Source: a virus
IMG/VR virus record: IMGVR_UViG_3300031992_000005
Coordinates: 288,001-352,000 of that record
DNA length: 64,000 nt
Strand: one strand, 5' to 3'
Part shown: in pieces, positions 47,001 through 54,387 of the stretch
Layout of the letters: each line of letters starts with the position of its first letter
Position numbering within the stretch: position 1 is the stretch's first letter
Translations under genes and position numbers: made by a program
The notes under the pieces: generated by a model
Seen by the model: the letters and a program-made list of their open reading frames with translations, nothing else
Database searches by the model: none
Told to the model about the DNA's origin: nothing

Positions 47001-49652
47001 ATGGGTAGAGAGACTTCTACTACAGTTACCACAGTAATGAATGTTTTCTATGATATTATAGAAAAAATTAGAACAATAGGAGCAAATAACGCCAATACCT
47101 CTGGATACCAGTATGTTAGATTAAAGATAATCTCGGATAATAAAAGCAATCCTACAGTCATAGACCATTTTAAAGCATCTGACTTCTTCTTCCCAAGTAA
47201 AGAAGAAACAACACGTTACCCTACTAAGGTAGAGACCCTACAGCTCATTAGTTTTAGTGGTGATGCTATAGTAGATTTTAGTGGTTTGTTTAGTTACGGA
47301 CATTGGAATAGTCTAAATACGATCTATAGATTTGAATTTGAAACTACCAATACAAGCGGAAATAGTATTAGAGTAAATAATATTATGGGCTTAGACGGTC
47401 TATTCAATCTTGGATATCTTGAAGTAACCTTGCCTCCTTTAGAAGGAGGTATTTTGGACTCTTTTAGAGTAGATTTCGATTCTCCGTTAACAATTACCAG
47501 TAGATTGGATGGTTTAACTTATACAGGACAAACTTTTATTGATCTATATGGTTTTGTAGCTTGGGAAAATTACAGAGGCAAGACTGTAGATTTCTTTAGA
47601 AGAGAATATACTTCAAGTGGATACTCAGATTGGGATGAGGGTAACTTCACAATAAGAAAGTACATATCCTACGATAACTTTAAAAGTCTGTGTGGAATAC
47701 TATTTAACAGTAATTGTAATTGGACCGGATTTAGTAACCTATTTAGAAATTGTACAGTCGTGGCTAGTCCAGATCAGCACGTTGTTATAGAACTTACTGA
47801 TAAAGATACTAGTGAAGATGATAGTTTAAGCATGACGGGGGTTAAGTCAATTAATTCAATGTTTGATAATTTCCGTATCATCAGAAAACAACCTGGCTAC
47901 ACTATTACAAAGGAAGATTTAGTTGATAGCAATTATTTAGAAAGTGAATACGTAGAATTTAACTATGATAGACTATTAGGTATCTTTCCAAGCCTGACAA
48001 GTGCTGCTTTTGCGTTTAGAAACGTGAAATTTAAAAGAGCATTGCCAATTGATTTTTGGAGGAAAAGGAAAAAAACAACTGAAGACGTTTATATAAAAAT
48101 AGATGATAGTGGGTTGGATATATATCAAAGTCCTGATGAAAACTATTTTAATAATGAAGTTTTAGGAAGATATTTTAAAAAAGCCACGCTATACACGTAT
48201 AGTTATAACCTAGATTTAGAAAACCTACAGAGCTGTTTTTATAATACTAAGTGGTTTTATGGAATAGAAAATGGAGAGACTATTCAGGCTAAAAACTTTA
48301 ATCCAGAACAACTAAGTGATGTTCCTAAAAACTCAATAGTTATTGATTCTACTGGAGAAGTTATAGATGAGGTTGGCTACTACTATTATAAGTTGGCAAG
48401 TGGAAGTAACAATGCCGAAATTGGCGGCACTATTACAAAAATCTATTATTGGACACTTACAAAGCAAGTAAATGGTCTGGAATCATCTACGGAATTCTCT
48501 GACATAGCAGAATTAACTCCAGAATCTAATCCTGAGGGTATAGGAGAATATGTAGAAGAGTGTACAATAAACGGATCGGGAGACACTATTAAGAACTACT
48601 CAGTATCAAATACTGCTAACGCCATTAGTAGATCCTTCATTGCACCAGATATCCTTTATCCAATAAAACCTAACTGTTCACTTAGAAACACGTTCTATTC
48701 AGATGGTTCAGATTCAATGGAGGGATTGATTCCTAAAAATCTATTAAAAAATTCAACTTCACCTAATATTAACGGATTATTGACTAACCAATCCATTATT
48801 CCTAGGAAAATAGGCGTTCTTGAACAGACTGACTCGTCAAATCCTCCTAAAGTGGAAAGAGTTAGCTATTATACATTCGTTCCCGAGAACTTTACTCGAA
48901 TAACATCATTAGAGGGCGCATTTAAGTTTAAAATACTATTACCTAATAGTAGCACAGAAAGTGGTGATACTATTTCATACAGTAAATACTACATATTGCT
49001 GAATACTTCTTTTAAGAATAATAGGTCAAGTATTACAGCTTTCAGAAATCCTTTCCCAGAATACTGCATAGATGGTGACAATACAACGGTGGGACTCTGG
49101 AGAACTAGTACGAATGGATGGTATAACACTGCGAATACTTCATATGATAAAGTCCTCTACTACGGTTTAATGTATAACCCAGAATACGATACTAATGGTG
49201 TTTTGGTAGGAGGTTCGGAAGGTATTGATATTTCAACCAGTGGATTTAGAAATGCAACCTTCGACAATATGTTAACAGCTGGAGGAACGAGTAATAAAGG
49301 TAAAGGTACTGTAATAATGAGATACTTAACAGGTTATTTATTTAGTTATAATACAACACTAAACCAAATCAAGAGAGCTGCAACCAGTTCTTCTAGTTCG
49401 ACTCTTAATCCTATATTTGGTACTTTCTATCATTATCAGTATCAAAATTGTGAAAACTTTACTAACAAAGCACTAATTCTTCCAGGAATAACGGGACAGC
49501 CAGGAGCATTTAATAATAGTAACTTTATAGCATTCAGTTATGACTTTTTAGTACATAAATCACAATTACCTCAAGGAAATAAGAATAATTATGACGAGTT
49601 TATAAAAAGTTCTGACCCTAATGCAAAAGTCGTACTATATCCTCGAGATTAA
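41001..49652 (+). CDS. Giant tail protein (2883 aa) with CotH-like and leucine-rich-repeat-like regions
   Basis: CotH-like region at about 43240-45190: VKIQGSSTKGYHIKNYTLTLK...FTLKADVVDSSHSNN...FYVAFYDMDTCLGIDN...RIARVKEWLNNRLHLLDAYF. LRR-like region at about 45680-46560: LNLSNVNGSNNQYNIVDCLNLSKITI..., NCQNLNKINISD..., FRECTNITSIEFSNTGVYLDYDAFYSDSNLSTIDG. Confidence 0.5.
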   Translation: MKRPNKNSATNGNIVFDDDITMTGTNKAFGKDLHSAMENLWSRTAKLENYLKWIYKYGGVGGTGGGGETATSYTVYAELNHRKVVEDPTAFINLGSSGTFPLLIKISKPGGASYKVNCTFTDNTGSIINTINETLNLDNSYTLERVVNISKNGVLNIKVTDSIYNETTPLSTRYITDPYRFTGDLINNSGRAYSNEIFTSDILSNGLYLRLNYQISVATEVSYKLKVTTPKLTFNSEGFTAMEDLIVSNTEEGDYIIDIIQFLRKFDYGLTESNSGNYSISVELQTKIVGDLETNSYTPLKTPISFTIVPKTLYLLVQSTSGTLYQVEQEPDSVSTDDLFSPGSITFKVKPYFENVIGKSCTIDYKLGDEFEWQTISTNLRDTQQITIYSTRPGENSISFVLKYDNKKYPTQEQSNVGEGTYYFYIKNSTFDGGWWHQFEKNTDRPFYDDLNHYFKVTEWSPEFNPFNATFGRNPIKQTVNKSPVTLTNLTCPTGSDGFNTIVNIGIEYNTINEDGAPILKITAYDDTELTLYQNRITLGANSIEDDRLFIPKTDYSSFTGLNNTEDYHLISIVSRQVKKLGNTDNRGREVIIYIDGVIEACFKTFLYSPGTPSNNLTVKDISLYSVNANFNLFDIAYFSPIESKVSTEYYIPEDVTIYQYYLKYKETLLSKTLTEEEINLLTYYDNIDFNPENGDIFCSEDAMNNIARNLNVPVMAILVDDNKNGNYKDLLGGYYLESSTEELETKATLKWSGLKGKTSLTDISFPNRTISNTGSYIDWTSNIHFYVKIQGSSTKGYHIKNYTLTLKDDENLYIPLFSPNFKNNDTTTFLPEHSFTLKADVVDSSHSNNTSIGNFVNDITTKFKTSPTSVDDAFSGYIKNCLTGFPFLIFMKFIDPNKSPDAQDENYYYHGVYNFNLGRESEYNLGYKDYNVFCDSNGKSILEDAPDSGGFSFHMVTKSSSVVKNGVITAEIQGNSSFLDFSQFDESLLFQNDSVSDENVTTMFGKITDENPDVSYIRGENLQNQDARNILQRFVEKVTYAGGYVFTQLKKTFSDDGSAGVLYGYGSKPPQGYKAVGKIKVWNEDLGEIEEKTLPLNQVPNYRHQFIRTVSGITPKAGLTRPGTLNDLMDLVRKDENDPDAGIPLLDFDSVSEYYTICMAFGLIDSVQKNLTLKTWTADKESGLGTFYVAFYDMDTCLGIDNAGKKVNYTAFSDYWTKNESESDGTSTSETTSSGTVSYKTITPISATVYRDYSPSGGEYFDVASSYLFAIPKYATYIAGKLNLNASDSAFTEKITNWPRQLWEKWRSRRNPSDHKIGCLESADYFIKTYFSNNLGSVGIPLINANYRAKYLVQLYYSGDTTNSKDELGKFNGTRIARVKEWLNNRLHLLDAYFNIARGVNNPIMFYRECNEEIDGEMQTFYKYTSTEEDTSADHYMSEPTISEYTSATNPDVYINSDIFDKLSLQSSIPFVVTVRAKENSPLIITCANWTKRYLIGGNNYYQIPVPVSGTQAYRLLGSKNWTYMDSINGFHLDGTFYINTQYIDQLVGDDNSSEAKELTFDNSATDNILMPSLKTISLTSPKYKGTLKLVGTNYTNLGTIDLSNSRIGLNMQNTTCTELNLSNVNGSNNQYNIVDCLNLSKITIVSAYMSSLIIKPIHPDIITKNCETSFGKVTSSNVINLANITPTTSNNQNTPFGKTGSGFYLKNTHIREINISNTKINEDRSRIEIDGDDTLYSITIAGFSVVVIKNCQNLNKINISDPEAGIGGDKLRRLCIQNCGNAGTDLTINSTERGHLNLTDFSDLNFVNFRECTNITSIEFSNTGVYLDYDAFYSDSNLSTIDGKAYIIGTTTTGTRIRPTFYLCKNFKLTKSNGTTCCDLFVIEQAVSLNSTFSIGNSISKEGEGKITRTLAKTFIERIPTNNNITDITNMFCGNRIEYNETLLVSDIKSTKNYIDMSVFKKVTNVSGAFNYNLISAWHPKWFSFGADVDTINSFENYMGRETSTTVTTVMNVFYDIIEKIRTIGANNANTSGYQYVRLKIISDNKSNPTVIDHFKASDFFFPSKEETTRYPTKVETLQLISFSGDAIVDFSGLFSYGHWNSLNTIYRFEFETTNTSGNSIRVNNIMGLDGLFNLGYLEVTLPPLEGGILDSFRVDFDSPLTITSRLDGLTYTGQTFIDLYGFVAWENYRGKTVDFFRREYTSSGYSDWDEGNFTIRKYISYDNFKSLCGILFNSNCNWTGFSNLFRNCTVVASPDQHVVIELTDKDTSEDDSLSMTGVKSINSMFDNFRIIRKQPGYTITKEDLVDSNYLESEYVEFNYDRLLGIFPSLTSAAFAFRNVKFKRALPIDFWRKRKKTTEDVYIKIDDSGLDIYQSPDENYFNNEVLGRYFKKATLYTYSYNLDLENLQSCFYNTKWFYGIENGETIQAKNFNPEQLSDVPKNSIVIDSTGEVIDEVGYYYYKLASGSNNAEIGGTITKIYYWTLTKQVNGLESSTEFSDIAELTPESNPEGIGEYVEECTINGSGDTIKNYSVSNTANAISRSFIAPDILYPIKPNCSLRNTFYSDGSDSMEGLIPKNLLKNSTSPNINGLLTNQSIIPRKIGVLEQTDSSNPPKVERVSYYTFVPENFTRITSLEGAFKFKILLPNSSTESGDTISYSKYYILLNTSFKNNRSSITAFRNPFPEYCIDGDNTTVGLWRTSTNGWYNTANTSYDKVLYYGLMYNPEYDTNGVLVGGSEGIDISTSGFRNATFDNMLTAGGTSNKGKGTVIMRYLTGYLFSYNTTLNQIKRAATSSSSSTLNPIFGTFYHYQYQNCENFTNKALILPGITGQPGAFNNSNFIAFSYDFLVHKSQLPQGNKNNYDEFIKSSDPNAKVVLYPRD

Positions 49653-49671
49653 TCTAACTAAACATTAAGCA

Positions 49672-50763
49672 ATGCCAAGTTATATAGGAACAAATTTCGC
49701 ATATGATGCCAAAGACTTCCTAGATGACCGTATATCAAAGGCTCGCAGTAAGGCAGACTTGAAGAACTGGGACACTGATGTTCCAGAGGGATTTGAGATC
49801 TGTCTCTGCGAGTCCCCTGATACGGGAGGAGTCTGGTATTATTATGATTCAACAAAGAGCTTGGAAGAAACTGGGCATTGGATTCCTAGGGTATCTAGTA
49901 GCAGTGAGAATTACGTAAGTGATAATCAAGCTGCTAGTATTTCCCTAGTCCAATCCGTAGTTGATTCAAGTCTCTCAGATTTTAAAAGTAAACCAACGAT
50001 AAAGGATATTAAGGTTATTGGTACTAATCCAGTGGAAGTAGGAAGTACTGGGCCACAACAGAAATTACAATGGGCAATCGAATATTCTAAGCTAACCTGG
50101 AGTGCAGATACGTCTGGTACTGTTAGGTGGAAATTAGAGAAAGACGAAAGCTCTGATATACAGCCACAGTCTATTACAATTACAGAAAATGGAGTTGTTG
50201 CCGCTACCTTAGCAGAAAATAGTACTAGTTTCGCAACCACTACTTCTCCAAATTATTGGATAAATAATTTTAATCTTAATGGGAGTAGTACGTTAAAAAC
50301 AGGAGAAGTAAAAAGTTTCACCTATAACGTAAGTTATGTAATAAAAGACCTAGGTATTACACTATCTGGAGGAGCAACTTATTATGTAAGACTTAGAAGA
50401 TATCGTGGATTAGCTAAGGGAGATAGTTTAAGAGGTATAGTAGTAGGAAATACTTATGATTATTACAGTAGTAATGGCCCTTTTGTATATAACGTAAGCA
50501 AAAGCAGTGACCTTAATGAAGGATATAGCTCCTGGAATGTAACCTTTAATTGTAATGGTGGATATCACCCTTACTTTCTTATTCCTGTAGCTAATTATGG
50601 CAGTGTCATTCCAGAAAATACAAAAATGAATGTTGGTGGTTTTGACATGACTGATTTTACAGTAAAGAGCATCAATATAATTAATCAGCATGGAGTGACT
50701 GAGCCTTATTACCTACTATATCTAAACAACGAACAGAACGGTACTTTAACAATAAAATATTAA
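49672..50763 (+). CDS. Tail-fibre-like protein with shared N- and C-terminal modules
   Basis: 363-aa ORF. N-terminal FLDDRISKARSKADLKNWDTDVPEGFEICLCES..GGVWYYYDS...GHW. The C-terminal PYFLIPVANYGSVIPE...GGFDMTDFTVKSINIINQHGVTEPYYLLYL resembles the C-termini of the 34366 and 51353 products. Confidence 0.55.
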   Translation: MPSYIGTNFAYDAKDFLDDRISKARSKADLKNWDTDVPEGFEICLCESPDTGGVWYYYDSTKSLEETGHWIPRVSSSSENYVSDNQAASISLVQSVVDSSLSDFKSKPTIKDIKVIGTNPVEVGSTGPQQKLQWAIEYSKLTWSADTSGTVRWKLEKDESSDIQPQSITITENGVVAATLAENSTSFATTTSPNYWINNFNLNGSSTLKTGEVKSFTYNVSYVIKDLGITLSGGATYYVRLRRYRGLAKGDSLRGIVVGNTYDYYSSNGPFVYNVSKSSDLNEGYSSWNVTFNCNGGYHPYFLIPVANYGSVIPENTKMNVGGFDMTDFTVKSINIINQHGVTEPYYLLYLNNEQNGTLTIKY

Positions 50764-50766
50764 TTT

Positions 50767-51360
50767 ATGTTAGTAATTTTAGATCCAGCGCACGGAAGCA
50801 ATGTATCTGGTAAATGTAGTCCAGATAAGAAATTAAGAGAATATCTTTGGTCCAGAGAAATGCTGGGGAGAATAGAGAAGAGATTAAAAGCTGTTGGAAT
50901 TGATTCTGTCTGGGATTGGACAGGAACAACTGAACCTGGCCTGACAAAGAGATGTACCTTAGCTAATGCTATCGCTAAGAATCACTCGGGTAAATCAATC
51001 TTTATCTCTTTTCACGTTAATGCAGCAGGAAGTGATGGAAAATGGCATACAGGCAAAGGATGGGAAATTTATGTTTCCAATAATGCCAGCTCATCTTCCA
51101 AAAAGCTTGCTTCATATATAGCAAATGCTGCCAAAGCAACAGGTCTTAAGATAAGAACAGAAGATCCTGGCCGCTTATATAAAGTTGCTAGGTTTACTGT
51201 TCTGCAGAAAACTTCCATGCCAGCTGTTTTGGTTGAAAACTTATTCCAGGATAATAAGGAAGAAGTTGATTACCTATTAAGTGAAAAAGGAAAAAATACT
51301 CTAACAGAAATTGTAATTAAAGGAGTATGTGATTACTTTGGAGTAGAATATCATGAGTAA
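50767..51360 (+). CDS. N-acetylmuramoyl-L-alanine amidase (Amidase_3 family), endolysin candidate
   Basis: 197-aa ORF. LVILDPAHGSNVSGK, ISFHVNAAG and AVLVENLFQDNKEE match the Zn-ligand and fold motifs of MurNAc-LAA amidases. Confidence 0.8.
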   Translation: MLVILDPAHGSNVSGKCSPDKKLREYLWSREMLGRIEKRLKAVGIDSVWDWTGTTEPGLTKRCTLANAIAKNHSGKSIFISFHVNAAGSDGKWHTGKGWEIYVSNNASSSSKKLASYIANAAKATGLKIRTEDPGRLYKVARFTVLQKTSMPAVLVENLFQDNKEEVDYLLSEKGKNTLTEIVIKGVCDYFGVEYHE

Positions 51361-52282
51361 AACAATACAAGTTATAAGTCAAGGAGGAGTAGATATTTTT
51401 CCTGCTACGGTAGTTGATGGAGTTGGATTTGAGCCCGCTAGATGTTCATTATCCAAACTCCTCGACACCTATAATGTTTCAACTCTTTGGCCATTGGAGG
51501 AAGGTTATTATACAATAGGAACCGCAGTAACAGTTCTAGAGGATAACCTAGAATCTTCTCAAAAGATTCCTGGAACTAAAGTGGGATTCCTAAACTCTAA
51601 TGGCTCTTATGAAGAGTGGGAATATTTCGGCGGCAACTTTGCATTTACAAATACTAGTGGATGGAAACGAGTAGATTCTATGGTACTACAGGATCTCCTA
51701 GATACCGTGTATCCCTTAGAATCTACTATATCAGCATCAATTGACCTCGTTGGAGTAGGGGAATCTTTACAAGGAAGACTCTCTTGGTCTGTTAGTAGAG
51801 GAGGAGCTGATGTAAGTGGAGCCGCAGTGAAGAAATTAAATGGTGCCGTAGTAGATGAAACAGATGGAAAAAATTTAACACTCTTCTCTAATACTAATAA
51901 GACTGATGCATATACATTTTCTGCCACATATCAGGGAGTTGAAAGTACTAGTACAGTAGAAATAGCTTATGTACACAAAAGCTACGTAGGTTTAATTAAT
52001 GCAGATATTGAAGAGCCTACCGAAAACCAAGTAACAGGACTAGACAGCTATACTATAAAAGAAACAAACTTCTCAAGAACATTCCCTAACCTAAATTATC
52101 AGAAAGTATGTGCAGCATTTCCCGCATACCTAGGAGATGTAGAGTCTATAAAAGATGCCAATGGATTTGAGTACATTGACTCCTATACTAAAACAACTCT
52201 AGACATAGGCGGAATAACTTATAATGTCTATGTCCTAACTAATGCAACGACAATTACAAACTTTACACAAGTATGGCTCTAA
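51353..52282 (+). CDS. Fibre-module protein with shared C-terminal domain
   Basis: 309-aa ORF, overlap-coupled to its neighbours. Its C-terminal domain is paralogous to that of 34366-36045. Confidence 0.6.
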   Translation: MSKTIQVISQGGVDIFPATVVDGVGFEPARCSLSKLLDTYNVSTLWPLEEGYYTIGTAVTVLEDNLESSQKIPGTKVGFLNSNGSYEEWEYFGGNFAFTNTSGWKRVDSMVLQDLLDTVYPLESTISASIDLVGVGESLQGRLSWSVSRGGADVSGAAVKKLNGAVVDETDGKNLTLFSNTNKTDAYTFSATYQGVESTSTVEIAYVHKSYVGLINADIEEPTENQVTGLDSYTIKETNFSRTFPNLNYQKVCAAFPAYLGDVESIKDANGFEYIDSYTKTTLDIGGITYNVYVLTNATTITNFTQVWL

Positions 52283-53613
52283 AAATAGGTGATAATATAA
52301 GTTATCAAGGTAAACAACCCAATTTTTCCAGGGATACATTTACAGAGCTTCAAGAAATGGTAAGATTTCCTGAAACCTCCCTAGATGAAGGCCATATTTC
52401 TTTGTGCCTAGAAACTGGAAAACGTTATATCTTCTATTCCACGAATACGATAGATCCTGTTCTTGGAAGATGGAGATTAGTTGTTGACACTGCATTGGAC
52501 GCCACCTCTGAAAATCCTGTACAAAATAAAGTTATATATCAAAAATTTCAAGACCTAGAAACAAATACCAGCGATTCTCATACTGAGCTAGAGCAAAGGG
52601 TTATTGATAATGAATTAGTAAACTCTGCCAGCTTAAATGACCTAAATGATAGGCTGAATGATACCGAAGAAGTCTTAACTACTGCAATAAATGAAATTAA
52701 GTCGGACTTAGATACAGAATATACGATAAACGGTCATCCCCTGAATGAAAAATCTATAAATCTTACTGCAGAAGATATAGGACTTGGTAATTATGCTGAC
52801 TATACAAATCCCCTTGACTTACCTATTTCGAGAGCTACACAAGAGGCTCTTACTACAAAAGTTGATAAGGTAGAAGGAAGTAGATTAATTACAGAAACAG
52901 AAGCTACTCAACTTGCTAATCACCTAGAAGATAATAATAACCCTCACCAAGTTACAAAAAGTCAACTAGGTCTTGGCAGCTATCCAGAGAATCCACTAGA
53001 CCTTCCTATCTCAACTGCTACACAAAATGCTCTTAATGATAAACTTCCTAAGACTGCAAAAGTAAATGGTCACACTTTCTCCACCGATTCAATACCAGAG
53101 ATTACACTAAGTAAAGCTGATGTTGGCCTAGGTAGTGTTAATAATACCGCAGACCTAAATAAACCAGTGTCACTTGATACTCTGGCTGCTCTTGATAAAA
53201 AAGTTGATAAGGTAGAAGGTAGTAGATTATTAACCAGTGAAGAAGCTGAAATAATTGCTGGAATAGAAGATAACGAAAAAGTTACTGCTGCAGCATTAAT
53301 CGACTTAGAAAATAGGAAAGTTGATAAGGTAGATGGAGGTAGATTAATCAATGAAGAAGAAATAGCTAAGATAGCAGGTTTAGCTAAGAAAGAGAAAGTA
53401 ATTGCTGCCGCTTTGGTTGACCTAGAAGAGAAAAAAGTCGATAAAGTTGAGGGAAGTAGACTTATTAATGAAGACGAAATAGAAGAAATCGCCGGAATTA
53501 AGGATACTGAAAAAGTTGTAGCAAATGCAATCCTAGACCTTAATGAAAGACTAGTTGCTCAGGAAAGAATTCTACCCATTACACACGAAATGATAGATTA
53601 TATGATGCTATGA
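52273..53613 (+). CDS. Tail fibre protein with phage-tail-fibre repeats
   Basis: 446-aa ORF. Three GLG..(N)..DL.KP(I/V)S..T..AL motifs: IGLGNYADYTNPLDLPISRATQEAL, LGLGSYPENPLDLPISTATQNAL, VGLGSVNNTADLNKPVSLDTLAAL. Four KVDKVEGSRLI motifs. Confidence 0.8.
   Translation: MALKIGDNISYQGKQPNFSRDTFTELQEMVRFPETSLDEGHISLCLETGKRYIFYSTNTIDPVLGRWRLVVDTALDATSENPVQNKVIYQKFQDLETNTSDSHTELEQRVIDNELVNSASLNDLNDRLNDTEEVLTTAINEIKSDLDTEYTINGHPLNEKSINLTAEDIGLGNYADYTNPLDLPISRATQEALTTKVDKVEGSRLITETEATQLANHLEDNNNPHQVTKSQLGLGSYPENPLDLPISTATQNALNDKLPKTAKVNGHTFSTDSIPEITLSKADVGLGSVNNTADLNKPVSLDTLAALDKKVDKVEGSRLLTSEEAEIIAGIEDNEKVTAAALIDLENRKVDKVDGGRLINEEEIAKIAGLAKKEKVIAAALVDLEEKKVDKVEGSRLINEDEIEEIAGIKDTEKVVANAILDLNERLVAQERILPITHEMIDYMML
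53200..53553 (+). repeat. Three tandem 117-bp (39-aa) coding repeats inside the tail fibre gene
   Basis: The GTTGATAAGGTAGA-type unit starts at 53203, 53320 and 53437, exactly 117 nt apart. A more distant copy lies at 52861. Confidence 0.85.
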
Positions 53614-54065
53614 AACTAATAGGCGCTGGTTTAAAAGTAACAAGTCCCGCTGGATTATGGGAATATCCACAATTAATTGGGGCTTCTGTTAAGATTGCAA
53701 GTAAGTCTGTAAGTAGTGGATTCTTTGCTGTAGATTCAGAGGATATCTATACAATAAAAGAAATTGGTTTTAGAATATCTAAGTATGGTAAATCCTATAC
53801 AGTGGTTACATTAAATGAACTACCTGGAAAAGAATTTGCTTGGAAAGACTTAGAAATAATAGGTCTCCCATTCTGTATATACTGTCCCGCCATTTGTGGA
53901 GGATTTTGCTGTGGAGGAGCTATCTGTGGCTATAACATAGGTAACATCCCAGGAGAACACGAAATTAATGTTGCCGATTATGACAACTTTGAGAGAGTTA
54001 ATGAAGGTGGATATATGTATAGAATCTATGGATATGGAGACAGCGGTGTAAAAAATAAAGAATAA
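53610..54065 (+). CDS. Cys-cluster protein downstream of the fibre gene, possible fibre chaperone/accessory
   Basis: 151-aa ORF with an ATGA overlap to the fibre stop. Contains CIYCPAICGGFCCGGAICGY. The functional suggestion rests on position only. Confidence 0.5.
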   Translation: MKLIGAGLKVTSPAGLWEYPQLIGASVKIASKSVSSGFFAVDSEDIYTIKEIGFRISKYGKSYTVVTLNELPGKEFAWKDLEIIGLPFCIYCPAICGGFCCGGAICGYNIGNIPGEHEINVADYDNFERVNEGGYMYRIYGYGDSGVKNKE

Positions 54066-54067
54066 AT

Positions 54068-54098
54068 AGGTGTATCTCCAATAAAAGGGGATACACCT
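54068..54098 (+). terminator. Stem-loop AGGTGTATC(13-nt loop)GATACACCT
   Basis: 9-bp inverted repeat directly after the 53610 gene stop and 20 nt before the next ATG. No T-run follows. Confidence 0.4.
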
Positions 54099-54117
54099 CT
54101 CCTAAGAAATATTAAAC

Positions 54118-54387
54118 ATGAAGACTTATCAGAAAACAAAGTGGGTGGATAATAAGACACCAGTTAATGCTAAGAACCTAAATAAAATAGAAGATGCTAT
54201 TAGTGACCTATATGACTCTATGGGTAACGGAAATGCCGTACAGTCACAGACAGTAAAGAAACTAGAATGGGTTACAGGAACAGTAGAAGAACCTGAAGAT
54301 AATGTCCTCTATTTTATTTTATCAGAAGAAACAGGAAAACTATCTTCAATCCAAATCGGATCGAACACAATATATACGGTTGAATAA
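54118..54387 (+). CDS. Small fibre-module protein
   Basis: 89-aa ORF. The N-terminus KWVDNKTPVNAKNLNKIEDAISDL resembles the W.D..TP..A..LN.IE.GI motif common at N-termini of phage fibre/structural proteins. Confidence 0.55.
   Translation: MKTYQKTKWVDNKTPVNAKNLNKIEDAISDLYDSMGNGNAVQSQTVKKLEWVTGTVEEPEDNVLYFILSEETGKLSSIQIGSNTIYTVE

Noticed and set aside
52786-53553. Repeats in the fibre gene as a CRISPR array or a DGR template/variable-region pair.
   Set aside because: The repeats are in-frame coding units within one ORF. There are no unique spacers of constant size, no reverse transcriptase gene and no A-specific mismatch pattern between copies.
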